A stretch of DNA of 63,792 nucleotides, counting the filler, from Octopus bimaculoides (lineage: Eukaryota), in assembly GCF_001194135.2 (NCBI RefSeq). It is 6 parts of 6 records of this genome, joined end to end, with 100 filler letters (N's around TTAATTAATTAA, not from the genome) between each part and the next. Parts side by side here need not be neighbours in the genome. Positions count along the whole stretch, not along the records: positions 1 to 19,271 come from NC_068981.1; 5 more parts are not named here. One strand, given 5' to 3'. A program made the translations under genes and the position numbers. The notes below the pieces were generated by a model, which was not told where the DNA came from, searched no databases, and was given only the letters and a program-made list of their open reading frames with translations. Below, piece after piece: positions 1 to 11,931 of the stretch. Position 1 is the first letter of the stretch. Each line of letters begins with the position of its first letter.

Positions 1-94
1 ATATATATATATATATATATACGTATGTAATGATAAAAAGAAAAACAAAAGATTCAGGTACTTGAAGTAGTAACTAATTCGATTGTGGGTTTGA

Positions 95-1760
95 TATCTC
101 ACTGGAAGTTTGACTAATATTTCTCACTCATCGAACAGCCATTAAGAAGGTCCCTCGATAGCTGAACATGCAGAGGTGAAGGGAGGAGAAGAATTTGATG
201 AGCTTGAGTTGAAAGGGTATGCAGATAGCTCCCAGGAATAGAAGCTGTTGTAAAAAAGAGGAAAGAACAGGTCTGTGAGTCTGTAGTTATAGTGTATGTA
301 CACACATGTTTGCGTGTGTGAGTGAGTGAATCTATCATTCACAGTCAGTCAAATAGTCACCTTTCAGATGCATTCTGGGATATACAGCAGCTGCATTATC
401 CCATAAATGTGAGCACTATTTTTGTGTGGGTCTTACTTGAGGGTTTGCAACTAGAAATTCTCACCATTGTGATACCATTATAAAGATGATATATATGTAG
501 AGCTACCATAAGAGATTGTCAGAGATTGTGAAGTCTAGTATTTGTAACAACTTTGATGGTTTTAAAGTGTGTCTTATTTATGACTAACCAGTGTGAGGTA
601 CAAAACAGTTTGCTGTTTAATCATAGAGTGCTATTGAAAAGACAAGAGTATCATATTCTTGCTGAAGGATCTTCTCGAAATATCTGTTGAGGGTTCAGTG
701 TATATTTGTTGTGTGGTGTTTAAAAACATGTAGATAGCTCCCAAGTGTAGAAGAGTAAGAAACAATAAATGGTGAGATCAGCTACATAGGTGTGTGTATT
801 TATCTGAAGTGACTATAAGGTGTATCGAAGGAACAATGTTGGTAACATAACAGAACCTTGAGATACACCAGAGATAGTAGAATGTGAAATGGAGAGAGTC
901 TTTTTGGTGCTCTGTGCAAAGTTGCTGTCTAACAGGAAGTGTCTGACTTAAGAAATGAAAGATAGTCAGAGACCATTGGCAGGCAATTTAGCTTGGAAAT
1001 TTTCATCATTTCATTGCTTATTTGAAGTAAGTATGGTGATCATTTAGCAGCTTCTCACCTCTCCACATAGCTTTTTGCATTTTCTTTAATAGGAAGTATG
1101 GAAGAGGTACACCAAAGTTGATAGAGTATGACGTCTTTTGAGCCACAGGGTTTAGGTGGCAGAGAGAAGACAAAGCAGTGTTCCACAGTCCGGATTGTTT
1201 CTCTTTATTGGGAGGTAGCTGATCCACAGCTGTAATCCCATCTAAGTGAAGTAGATTTTGATTGTCCCACTCTTGTTCTTAGGTAAATAAGTGTGTTCCA
1301 ATGAACCCATAGTGCTTCTGAATCAGGAATGAGATCTTTGGCAGGAGCAGAAAAGGTTCCCATCTTGGAGAAAGATTGTTCTGAAACTCCCCCTGCCAAA
1401 ACCTAAAGTCTGGTCTCTTCTCAAAGTATTAGACATGGATGAGGAAGCTTCTTCATAATTTCTGTCATTAGGCTAGCCTAAAGTTGATATCCATGGAGAA
1501 AATGATGTTCCTCATTAACAGCTTTCTCATCTCGACACAACTGGCAACTTCTTACCTGATACCAGCAGGGTCAATGCCAGCAAGGAAACATAGGTTGATT
1601 TTATTGGTGAGTTTCAAGCAACCAGTGATTAGGGAGCTTGTATTGTTCAAATCCAAGTCAAGATTCTTAACATGGGTTGATCCTCCCTGAACAGAACATG
1701 TATATTCCATAGTGGAATAGTGCTAGATGTGAGAGGTCTGTTCTGTGTGATGTTATTTTG
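95..1760 (-). mobile_element. Decayed Penelope-like retroelement (RT plus GIY-YIG remnants)
   Basis: Minus-strand translations give, in the expected order, RPLTS (cf. RPIVS, ~1730), IIFSMDIN (cf. LFTMDV, ~1490), MGTFSAP (cf. MGT..AP, ~1355) and NDRF.H (cf. DRF.EH of the GIY-YIG region, ~335). Many stops and frameshifts. Confidence 0.6.
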
Positions 1761-1769
1761 AGAACTGAC

Positions 1770-1779
1770 TTTCTTTCAT

Positions 1780-1821
<42 letters not shown>
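1770..1821. repeat. (TTTC)n microsatellite
   Basis: Direct reading. Confidence 0.95.
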
Positions 1822-1827
<6 letters not shown>

Positions 1828-2494
1828 TCTTGCTTTTGTTTTCACATGCAATTTAGACAAGAGAGTGTAATCAAAGAATTTACTAATGCCAAGAGCAACA
1901 ACATTAATTTCACCTAAGTTCTTAAGGTTTACAGAGCTCTGTTAAAAGACATAAAGAGAAAGTCTTTGATAAGTCTTATCTACAGGAGCTATACCAATGA
2001 CCACTGAGCAGGGAGAGAGAGAGAGAGAGAGAGAGAGAGTTGGGGAGGAGAACATATATGTATTGAAATATAAATACTTAATGCTTAGGTGAATGTAGTG
2101 TCATTCCTCTCTAGTTAAGAGTTCAAATTTCACTGGTACCAGTGAAATGAGTTATAACTGATCAATTCAATGAATTGTACTCCTTCACCTCCTTTGCCTA
2201 ATGTCAGCAGCAGCTGAACTCTCAAGTATTCAAACTAAATAGTTATCACAAAGGTGGGATAACTCTCTGCTGTAAGAAGTGATAACAGTGTAAAGTTGAG
2301 TGTCTCCTTTAGCTTGTAGTGCTGATTTCGGAGTCTCTTGTTAACTCTGCTAACAACACAGCTTGGCTTTGACTCTGTGTGTGTGTGTGGCTGCACTAGA
2401 GAGTCCTCAAAAATGATTTCAATAACTGGGAGCTTTTTAACCCAAAAGAGTACAGGGAAAAATGTTAATGGATTACATAAGAACTAAAATCAGA

Positions 2495-2690
2495 TCCTTT
2501 ATTTGGTCATTAGACCAGCTAGAAATAGCAGCTAAATACTCCTCAAATCATACATTACCATTTTATTTAAAAAAAAAAAAGGTGAAACACACTGGATAAT
2601 ATAGTCTTCAATACTCAAAAAGATTAGTATGGAGGGAGCCTTTTAATCAAATTACAGTTTGACTATGACTGATCTGGATATAAATGACAA
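2495..2690 (+). mobile_element. Old interspersed repeat, SINE-like 'family D' (GCTAGAAATAGCAGC motif)
   Basis: Motif or adjacent tail recurs at ~24830-24935, 25330-25500, 33140, 36660-36805 and 51010-51120. Confidence 0.55.
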
Positions 2691-2950
2691 CTGCATACAA
2701 AAATATCTATGAATTAATCTATGAATAATCATTCCAGATCTTGCTGTACACAGTGCAAATAATGATTTTCTTATTGGTTGGCAGATATAAATACTGATCA
2801 GCAAACAATTTGTCCACAAAGTATAAACACACTATCATCTTAAAAGGGAGGAGGTATTTTCCTCTGACACACACAACAGCAACTCATATTTTGTGTCTAA
2901 GCTAGTCCACATAAGTTAAAAATAAATATGCAAATAATATCTCTAAGTAT

Positions 2951-3258
2951 ATCATCATCATCATCATCGTCGTCGTTTAACGTCCGCTTTCCATGCTAGC
3001 ATGGGTTGGATGATTTGACTGAGGACTGGTGAAACCAGATGGCTACACCAGGCTCCAATCTGATTTGGCAGAGATTCTACGGCTGGATGCCCTTCCTAAC
3101 GTCAACCACTCCAAGAGTGTAGTGGGTGCTTTTACGTGCCACCGGCACGAAAGCCAGTCAGACGGGTACTGGCAACGGCCACGCTTAAAATGGTGTATTT
3201 TACGCGCCAAGTGCACAGGAGCCAGTCCAGTGGCACTGGCAACGATCTCAAAATGCAT
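2951..3258 (-). mobile_element. RTE LINE 3' end with (GAT)n tail
   Basis: Nearly the same sequence as the 3' end of the endonuclease-bearing RTE at 4916-5925 (GCATGGAAAGCGGACGTTAAACGAYGATGATG on the minus strand). Confidence 0.85.
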
Positions 3259-3425
3259 ACACCTACACACATGCCTTATGTTTATTTGTATGTATGGGTT
3301 GAAGTTTCTTGTTTTTCTCAAGACTTACTTGTGTTTTAACTCTAAATCAGTGTTTCTCAACTTTTTACCTGTAGAGCTGTTTGGTTCCTGTTTTACTCAG
3401 ATGAATCCACATAACCATTCAATGT

Positions 3426-3653
3426 TTAGCCATTTAGCATTTAAATCGGCCATATCTGGCAAAATAATTCTACCTGTTTTATGTTCAAACTGGCAAGATC
3501 TGGCTTCTCCCATCAACCCTACAATGTCATTCTAAAAATAAACAATCGCATCATCAAAATCTCGAAACAACAGAATAGTGCTTGACTAATTGAAAACAAT
3601 ATTAATTAATAAGTATTATTTTTGACAAAATTTTCTGAATACTAAAGGGATAA
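3426..3653 (+). mobile_element. piggyBac-type MITE (~225 bp)
   Basis: Ends CCATTTAGCA...ACTAAAGGG with degenerate TTAA flanks. A reverse-orientation copy at 42668-42890 begins TTAA-CCCTTT. Confidence 0.65.
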
Positions 3654-3887
3654 AAAAAAACATATAGTTTTATTATAATTAAATATTATTAAGAATTGCA
3701 TTTTTTAAATTGTTAAAATATTTTGCGTATAATAGAAGTTTAATCAATTTTTATGAATTTGTGATGCAAGATTCCTGATGTGAAGTTGTGTGTTGAAACA
3801 AATATTATACAGTTCTCTACTTAAAAGATGAGGAATTATGTACATTATTTACATTTGATGGATATTTATCCTCATCTTGTTTGTTGT

Positions 3888-3932
3888 AAACACATTTCGG
3901 CTGATATACCCTCCAGCCTTCATCGGATGTCT
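3888..3932 (-). ncRNA. Degenerate minimal hammerhead ribozyme in the inverted pLTR
   Basis: GACAU CCGAUGA A GGCUG..CAGCC GAAA UGUGUUU. The core U4 is changed to C and 3 nt are lost relative to the 5972 copy. Confidence 0.55.
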
Positions 3933-3979
3933 TGGGGAAAATTTCAAACCTGGGTTCTTATTCCTAAGGTATTTTTCAA

Positions 3980-4038
<59 letters not shown>

Positions 4039-4116
4039 TCACTGCCTGGAATCGAACTTGGAATCTTGGAGTTAGTAGCCCGCGCTCTTAACCACTATGC
4101 CATATACCTGTGGGCA

Positions 4117-4803
4117 TTCCCACCATCCATACAGTGTAAAGAGAGGGATTGCTCAGTGCCTAAAACATCGAGCAAAGAATATAACTAGCAATCATGATAC
4201 ACACCACGAAGAAATGATCAAGCTCAATAACAATCTATTAAGCAACAACTACCCCAAAAACATACTATCCACTCCAATTATGAAGAATAGACAGGATGAA
4301 ACCAATGAACTGTCCACAGTCTGCCTACCCTATGTGAAAGGCCTCTCTGAAAAGATACAAAAGATATGCGGCCCATATGACATCAGGACAGTATTCAAGA
4401 GTAATACAACACTTCACAAATATCTCCTTCGAGTAAAACCACCAATAGAAGAGAATAGAAGAGAATATGACCAAAGACTGTGTGTACTCCATCCCATGCA
4501 GCTGTGGTAGGTTATACAAAGGCGAAACATGTCGCCCCCTCAAAATAAGGGTAGAGGAACATCGCAAAGCTGTGACATGAGGAGATAGTGATAAATCAGG
4601 TATCGCTGATCATGTATGGAAAGATGGAGACCACCTCCCCCCTGTGGGAGGAAGTTAAAATAATAGATAGAGAACACCATTGGAAAATACAAAAACTAAG
4701 AGAAGCAGCACATATGCTAAGACACAACAACCTCCTAAGCAGACTGAGTGCAGATATGAATAGCATATTGGAACCGGTATTAAGGAAGGATAGGAAAATA
4801 TGA
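4117..4803 (+). pseudogene. Penelope ORF C-terminus (RT thumb/linker plus GIY-YIG endonuclease), frameshifted
   Basis: SHHPYSVKRGI...NNYP...LPYVKGLSEKI...TVFKS, then after a frameshift near 4460-4480 CVYSIPCSCGRLYKGETCRPLKIRVEEH...SGIADHVWK...EVKIIDRE. Confidence 0.9.
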
Positions 4804-4915
4804 GCTTTAGAAGCTCTAAAATTCACTCCATAATTGCCCATGGGCATATGGCATAGTGGTTAAGAGCTTGGGCTACAAACCCCAAGATTCTAAGTTTGAT
4901 TCCAGGCAGTGACCT

Positions 4916-5925
4916 CATCATCATCATCATCATCATCGTTCAACGTCCGCTTTCCATGCTGGCATGGGTTGGATGGTTTGACTGAGGGCTGGCAAGCCAG
5001 ATGGCTGCACCAGGCTCCAATCTGATCTGGCAGAGTTTCTACAGCTGGATGCCCTTCCTAATGCCAACCACTCCAAGAGTATAGTGGGTGCTTTTATGTG
5101 CCACTGGCAGGAGGGCCAGTCAGGCAGTACTGGCGACGGCGATGCTCAAATGGTGTTTTTATGTGCCACCTGCACAGGAGCCAGTCCAGCGGCACTGGCA
5201 ACAACCTCACTCGAATGTTGCTTTTCATGTGCCACCAGCACAAGTGCCAGTAAGGCGGTGTTGGTAACAATCACGCTTGAATGGTGCTTTTTACATGCCA
5301 CTAGCATGGGAGCCAGTCAGCAGCCTTGGCAACGATCATGCTCTGATGGTGCTTTAATGTTCCACTGGCATAGGTGCCAATCAGGCGGTGCTGTCATCGG
5401 CCCTGTCAGCGAATTTGATTTTGATTATGATTTCACTTGCCTCAACAGGTCTTCGCAAGCAAAGTTTAGTGATTAATGAAAGAAAGGTATGCATAAGTAG
5501 GCTGGCATGTGCACCATGGAAGCCACCTGCATGTTGTCCAGCATGCCCATTGAAGTCACCAGCCACAAAAAGAAGGTCCCTACCATTCATTGATGAGGTA
5601 GTCTGCAAGAGCGTGTCATAAAATCAGTCTTTCTGTCCATCAGGTAGCTCCAGCTGAAGGGCATAGGCCGAGATAATGGTTGTTAACCCATAATGTAGCA
5701 TTAATCTAATCTTAAGTATTCTATTGTAGACTGTGACTACCTCTTTTACCTTATCGACCCATTTCTCTGCAAGAAGTATACCCATGCCCCCAACCCTGTC
5801 AGTGTTCCCTGCCCAGAAGATCTTGTATCTATGTTCTTTGTCTGTGAGGAACCTAGCAGAGCCTCCTCTCCACCTTACTTCTTGGATGCAGCACAAATCT
5901 ACACATCTCCATTCAAGCATCTCAT
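4916..5925 (-). mobile_element. Internally deleted RTE LINE (APE endonuclease fused to 3'UTR)
   Basis: VDLCCIQEVRWRG...GGMGILL...TIISAYA...LLFVAGDFNGH, followed directly by a 3'UTR with ~65-bp tandem units and a (GAT)n tail. CTCATC occurs at both ends (possible TSD). Confidence 0.9.
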
Positions 5926-5971
5926 CGAAAACTATCTTAGGCCTGAGAATCCAGGTTCAAAATTTCCCCAA

Positions 5972-6017
5972 GACACCTGATGAAGGCTGGAGGATATATC
6001 AGCTGAAATGTTGTGTT
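5972..6017 (+). ncRNA. Minimal type I hammerhead ribozyme in the Penelope pLTR
   Basis: Stem I GACAC/GUGUU, core CUGAUGA, extra A, stem II GGCUG/CAGCU, GAAA, 2-nt stem III loop, predicted cleavage after GUU at 6012. Confidence 0.75.
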
Positions 6018-6159
6018 AACAACAAACAAGATGAGGACAAATATCCGTTAAATGTAAATAATGTATGAAACAGATATTGTTGTATTTCGGGATGGTCATT
6101 TTTTTTTTTTTTGCCAAATAAACACACACACTATATATTCGTTCTTCACTCATTTATTA

Positions 6160-6340
6160 CTGTTCTTACAAGGCCAGCAATTTTGACGGGAGGGTTTAAT
6201 CAAGACCTTCAACTTCAATACTTGGCTAGTACTTTATTTTATTACTCCGATGCAATTTGATCTCAAGATGTAATGAGTCAGAAGTACTGTTAACCATTTG
6301 TCTGATGTTCTAATGATTCTGCCAGCTGGTCACTTTACAA
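6160..6340 (-). mobile_element. tRNA-headed SINE 'family A', old copy (a second copy lies on + at ~6410-6590)
   Basis: Shares the GAGTTCAAAT B-box and AGTACCAG central motif with many copies in the window. Confidence 0.65.
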
Positions 6341-7344
6341 GTTCTTTGAATTTGATTGAAAAAATTGAAAGTCCTCCCTTGATAAAAGAATCAGTACAGG
6401 AAAAAGGTAGGTCAGCAGAAATGGTACAGTAGCATTTTGTTTCATTTCTTTACATCTTGAGTTCAAATCCCATTAAAACATTTTTACTTCTCTTCAAGAA
6501 ATCAATAGAATAATTACCAGTCAAATACCAGGGTTGGTTCATTGAATGTTTCCTCTCCTCAAAACTATGTCCTTGTTCTTACCTCAGAAGCTGATATTTA
6601 ATTCTTGAGTATGGCAAGCATTGATGAGTAATAAGAAAACTCTCAATGCCATTTCCATTCCCATTTGAAACCCATTAATTTCCTTTATACTCCTTGTGCC
6701 CTCAAGAAAGGTATGATGACCAAAATTTAGATTCTCTTGCTCTCTTAACCTTTAGTACACTGCATTTGCTCTGGGATTGTTTCCCCTGCCACTGCCCTGT
6801 TACTACAGGGGTGAAAACTCATATGGTGACATGATACACCTACAGTGTGCTAAAAATTAAATTTACAAGATTTGTGCTCAGTCAAAAGAAATAAATATTT
6901 TTAATGCTTAAATGAAATAAATTATTATCGCACTGCCTTAAACTTATGATATTATCCTTTCCTTTTACATAAATACTAAATGAGTTTATAGCATTAACTA
7001 TGATATTCCTTAATATTATGAAGTAAGACAGGAATAAACATCTCACAGATGATTTGTAATTCACTTAATTATACATATGTAAATTTACATAAATGTCATT
7101 TAACTCTATTTTACTTCTAGCTTATCATAATTTAAAAGTATGCTGTAGTAGGTGGTACATAATCATGTGACTTGTATCTGAACAGTGTGTTTGCAGCAGG
7201 AGTAAGCAAAGACATGTGAAAGTATTCATGAATCCTGTGAACCATCAGGTAGTTGATGAAGCACTGCTGAAGACTTTGTCTTCAAGTAAAATGCCTTGAT
7301 GTAATTCCTTCTTCAGGTATAATTGAAATCTTTTTAGCTTGACA

Positions 7345-7575
7345 AAGTCCATTTCTCTCCAAGCTGAACTGAACTTCTTTGAGCTTGGTGGAATCTCTCA
7401 CTCTCTCTCTTTCTCTGAACTGAACTGAAATCTAATCAGCTTGGTGGAAGTCATTTCCCTCCAGGCTAACCTAAAGTCCATTGAATTTGGTAGAGTTCAT
7501 CACTCTCCAAGGTGAACTGATCTTTATTGAATTTGGTGGGACCCATTTTCTCTGGGCTAAATTTAACTTCATTCA
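7345..7575. repeat. Degenerate ~46-bp minisatellite, ~5 units
   Basis: Recurring TTGGTGG...TCTCCAAG.TGAACT unit. Confidence 0.75.
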
Positions 7576-8499
7576 GCTATGTTCACATAAAAACATTTAA
7601 TATTGAACTACAAATTAGCATGACACATCAATTTTACAATGATCTCATGACTTTAAGAAGCTGAAATTGCCCAATTCTATGCTACCTCTTTCTAGTTAAC
7701 AAGTTGACTTCCTATTCAGTTTTAGTCCATGGCCAATTTCAAATATCTGATAGAAGCATTGTAATTCACATATGTTACCAGAACACTTAGGTAAAGCTTG
7801 AATATCACAATATCTTACTCAACTGTTCCCTTAAAAATGTAGGGGTTTTGTGTTAAATAAAATTCAATATTTGTATTTGTTTATCTCATACTGTGTGATC
7901 AAGAGGTATAGTACCTGGTGAATTGAATTCATGCACTTTCAATTCACTTTTGTTACTAAAACATTTGAGGCAAGCATAAATGACACACAACTCTTCATTG
8001 TCCCCCATGTTTTATTCTTAGTGAGAAATGAAAGTGATGTTTATTTAAAGTTAGATTTATTCATCAATCATCCTTGTGCCTTGAATGCAATAAACCCTGT
8101 TGATCTCAGGACTGTATTCATCCAAACCATGTGCAAAATAAGATTTTAGAGCTTAGCACTGGTATCACCTAGGTAAAACCCAGAATCTGAAGAAACTGGG
8201 TTAGTAAGAATTAGTTTATGGGAGTTTTTAGTCCATAACTTAACAAACAACACCTTCTCTGTCTATTTCATCCTCAGACGAAGGGCAAGAAATCAAAATG
8301 GTAAATTTTTCACCCTTCATGACATTTAAATTTATAAGATTCTGTTATGATTTCATCTGCTATGTAATATTTCTTTTTAATATTCTCTCTAAATCTTGAG
8401 AATTGTTGCTGACTGTATCAATTAGGATGTAAGCCTAGTGACGAAATGGTCACCTGTTCAAATCCAGCAGTTACTGAGTCATAGCCATAGCTCATCATC

Positions 8500-8745
8500 G
8501 TCATCATCATACAGTACATTATAACCATCAAAGGCCATTAACATGTTGCGTTTACATGATACTGGGTTAATAGTCTGAGAGATACCATTCTGCAATAGAT
8601 ACAACTCATTTTCAGCTGAGTGAACTAGAACAACATGAAGTGAAATGCTTTGTCCAAGGACACAATATGCTGCACAATCCAAGAATTGAACCACAAACTT
8701 ACACCCATGAATCCAACTACTAACACACTAGGCCACACACTTCCC
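8500..8745 (-). mobile_element. CORE-like SINE 'family C' fragment
   Basis: CAGCTGAGTGAACT...AAGGACACAA matches copies at 54510 and 60318. Confidence 0.7.
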
Positions 8746-8867
8746 TGTTATTAATACATTTATAGTGTTTACAAGTAAATGTAAATCAACAAACTGGTAG
8801 AATTGTTAACAAATTGGACAAAATACATAGTGTCATATCTTCCACCTCTCTGAGTTCAAATTCCACA

Positions 8868-9166
8868 TGACTGGCATCCGTGCTAGTGGAGCGCTAAGAG
8901 CACCATCTGAGCATGATCGTTGCCCGGGCTGCTGACTGGCCCCTGTGTTGGTGGCATGTAAAAAGCACCATTTGAGCATGATCATCACCAGTGTCGCCTT
9001 ACTGGCACTTGTGCTGGTGGCACGTGAAAAACAACATTCATTCGAGGTGATTGACATTTCAGATTGGAGCCTGGTGCAGCCATCTGGCTCGCCAGTCCTC
9101 AGTCAAATCGTCCAACCCATGCTAGCACGGAAAGCCGACGTTAAATGATGAAGATGATGATGATGA
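8868..9166 (+). mobile_element. RTE LINE 3' end
   Basis: Reverse complement of the 2951 and 4916 tails; ends GACGTTAAATGATG. Confidence 0.85.
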
Positions 9167-9465
9167 TTAGCACAAATCCAGTAAATTTAAGAGAGCAAGG
9201 GATTCAAAATTTTGGTCAACATATCTTTTTTGAGTGTATAAGGAGTGTAAAAGAAATTAATGGGCTTCAAATGAGAATGGAAATGGCATTGAGAGTTTAC
9301 CTGTTGTTCATTGAGGCTTGTCATACTCAAGAACCATAAAGAGTTTAATCTTAACTCTCACTTATGACTTGGGTAATTTACTCCCGATATTATTGAGCAC
9401 AGCAAATAATTTTATATAATTTTTATTTTCTCCAAATGTTGTTAATGAAAATCTTAAGATGCATT

Positions 9466-9558
<93 letters not shown>

Positions 9559-10215
9559 ACACTCACATGCACAAATGCGCAAAGTCATCAAAAAGAAAGA
9601 CTTCGGAATGTTTCATCAAATTATTGATCTTTGCTATAAATGCACACCTATACATCCACATCTCTTCAGAAAGAGGATTATTCGCCATCTTTTATGCTTT
9701 GACCAGTTTTTCCTCATGTCACTATCATCATCATTAAACTTCATTCTTGAAATAACTTCAGAAATCTTAACATTGAACAAAGAGAATTTTCAGCCTAAAA
9801 TACTGGAACCAAACCTTTCTGTAAAATCACAATTCTGTGCGTCAAAGAAAATAAGAATGAAAAAGCAGAAACAAAAACAGAGGCAAAACTTCACGCCAGA
9901 AACATGAAAATGGCATCTATATTTAGATTGGCTTCCATATTTAAAGGCTTCACTTAATTCTTCTGTTTATAGAAATTGTAAATTTTGCGAACGAAATAAA
10001 TTCTTGAAGATTTCGATTAATGTTGAGATTTGTTCAAATCGAGTAGCAACTACTTGACAAGAGACAAAACTAGATTTCTGTTGAAGGCTTCCTTCTGTTA
10101 GCATATTGTTTAGCACTTCTGATCTTTACATGGTTTGTTTTAACATCATGTCTAAGGCCATGCTGGAACACTGCATATTGTTATAACACATGAGGGTTGG
10201 AATTGTGAATGGATG

Positions 10216-10626
10216 GGCAGGAGTGGCTGTGTGGTAAGTAGCTTGCTTACCAACCACATGGTTCTGGGTTCAGTCCCACTGCGTGGCACCTTGGGCAAGT
10301 ATCTTCTACTATAGCCTCAGGCCGACCAAAGCCTTGTGAGTGGATTTAGTAGACGGAAACTGAAAGAAGCCCGTCGTATATATGTATATATATATATATG
10401 TGTGTGTGTGTGTTTGTGTGTCTGTGTTTGTCTCCCCACCATCGCTTGACAACCGATGCTGGTGTGTTCACGTCCCCGTAACTTAGCGGTTCAGCAAAAA
10501 AGAGACCAATAGAATAAGTACTAGGCTTACAAAGAATAAGTTCTGGGGTCGATTTTCTCGACTAAAGGCGGTGCTCCAGCATGGCCACAGTCAAATGACT
10601 GAAACAAGTAAAAGAGTAAAAGAGTA
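10216..10626 (+). mobile_element. Full-length tRNA/CORE-like SINE 'family B'
   Basis: A-box TGGCTGTGTGG, B-box GGTTCAGTCC, CCTTGGGCAAGT, internal (TA)/(TG)n and GAGTAAA tail. Nearly identical to 35083-35490. Confidence 0.9.
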
Positions 10627-11169
10627 ACCAGTTCAGGTGTGGCTATGTGGTTAAGAAGCTTCTTTCCAAGCTCCTCATTCCTTAAGAATTTTTGCACTGT
10701 TACAAATGTACTATCATTAAATTTTGCACCGTTACAAATGTACTATCACATTTCAAAATAAAGAATGTCAATTTCCCAATTAATTATTAATTTTTGTAAT
10801 TGAATCACAAATAATACTGTGGCACAATATAGTTATTGATGTGTGGAATAGATTAAAATTATTTTTAGGGTAAGTTATTAATTTTAATTTGAAAAACAAT
10901 TTTAATAAAGTGTTCTCATTTATTCTTTGTCACACCCACTGAAACACCATCATGCACACACTGAGGCTGAGGGCACCTCAGTTTGGGAACACTTGGTGTT
11001 GGACAACATTATGCAATTTGCTTTTTCCATATTCAAGTCAGCATGATCTGATTTGCAGAAGATTAGGTTGTTATTCCTAGCAGGCTGTGTGACCACATAG
11101 ATACCATCTTTCTGTGTTCATATGTCAGCTGTTGTAGTTGTTGTTTAGCCCCCAGGTCACCCTGTAATA

Positions 11170-11362
11170 TTGGCATAGCTGTGTGGTAAGAAGTTTGCTT
11201 CCCAACCATATGGTTCCAGGTTCAGTCCCACTGTATGGTACCTAGGCAAGTTTCTTCTGCTAAAGCCTGGGGATGACCAAAGCCTGGGGCTGACCAAAGC
11301 CTTGTGCATGGATTTGGTTGATAGAACTAAAAGCAGTCTGATGCTTGTGTGTGTGTGTGTGA

Positions 11363-11401
<39 letters not shown>

Positions 11402-11610
11402 TACATGTGTGTCTTTGTGTATGTGTTTGTTTCCCCCCCACCACCACCACCATTGCTTGACAACTGGTGTTGGTTTGTTTATACACCTTTAACTTAGTGG
11501 TTTGGTAAAAAATAAGTACTGGGGTCAATTTGCTCAACTAAATCCTTCAAGGCAGTGCTCCAGCATGGTCACAATCCAATCGCTGAAACTAGTAAAAGAC
11601 AAAAGATAAA
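11170..11610 (+). mobile_element. SINE family B, older copy
   Basis: Colinear with 10216-10626. Confidence 0.85.
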
Positions 11611-11931
11611 ATTTATTGAACATCCTTGATCCTTGACCTCTGGAACAAAATGAAAGCAGCTTGTACAAATACACCATGATTCTACATAAGAAACTGCTAA
11701 GGTTAATTAAAATGACTTAACGACCATTTTATAGTATATTCCATTAACATAAAACATTATATTTAAAAATTTTAGTAGACTTTCGGGGATTCCAGTATTG
11801 TTTACATTTTGTAGGATATTGGGTAACCCTATCTCGTACAAAACAATTCTCTTCAATGAAAATGAACACGCTGGATAAATTGAATAACAGCATAACAAAT
11901 ATTTATTATGAGGTGTTCAGCCTACATCTCA

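Larger units (their letters stand above)
3807..6135 (+). mobile_element. 5'-truncated Penelope element: inverted pLTR (3807-4116), ORF 3' part (4117-4803), direct pLTR (4835-4915 and 5921-6135) split by a nested RTE
   Basis: 4035-4116 is the reverse complement of 4835-4915, and 3840-3980 is the reverse complement of 5925-6066. The ORF carries PLE motifs. Confidence 0.9.

Noticed and set aside
2127-2148. 22-bp perfect palindrome (also a 16-bp one at 15466-15481)
   Set aside because: Isolated and without supporting context; the first lies next to a SINE B-box remnant.
4835-4915. Genuine tRNA gene (SINE heads likewise)
   Set aside because: A and B boxes are present, but the acceptor stem is not intact and the sequence is embedded in repeat bodies.
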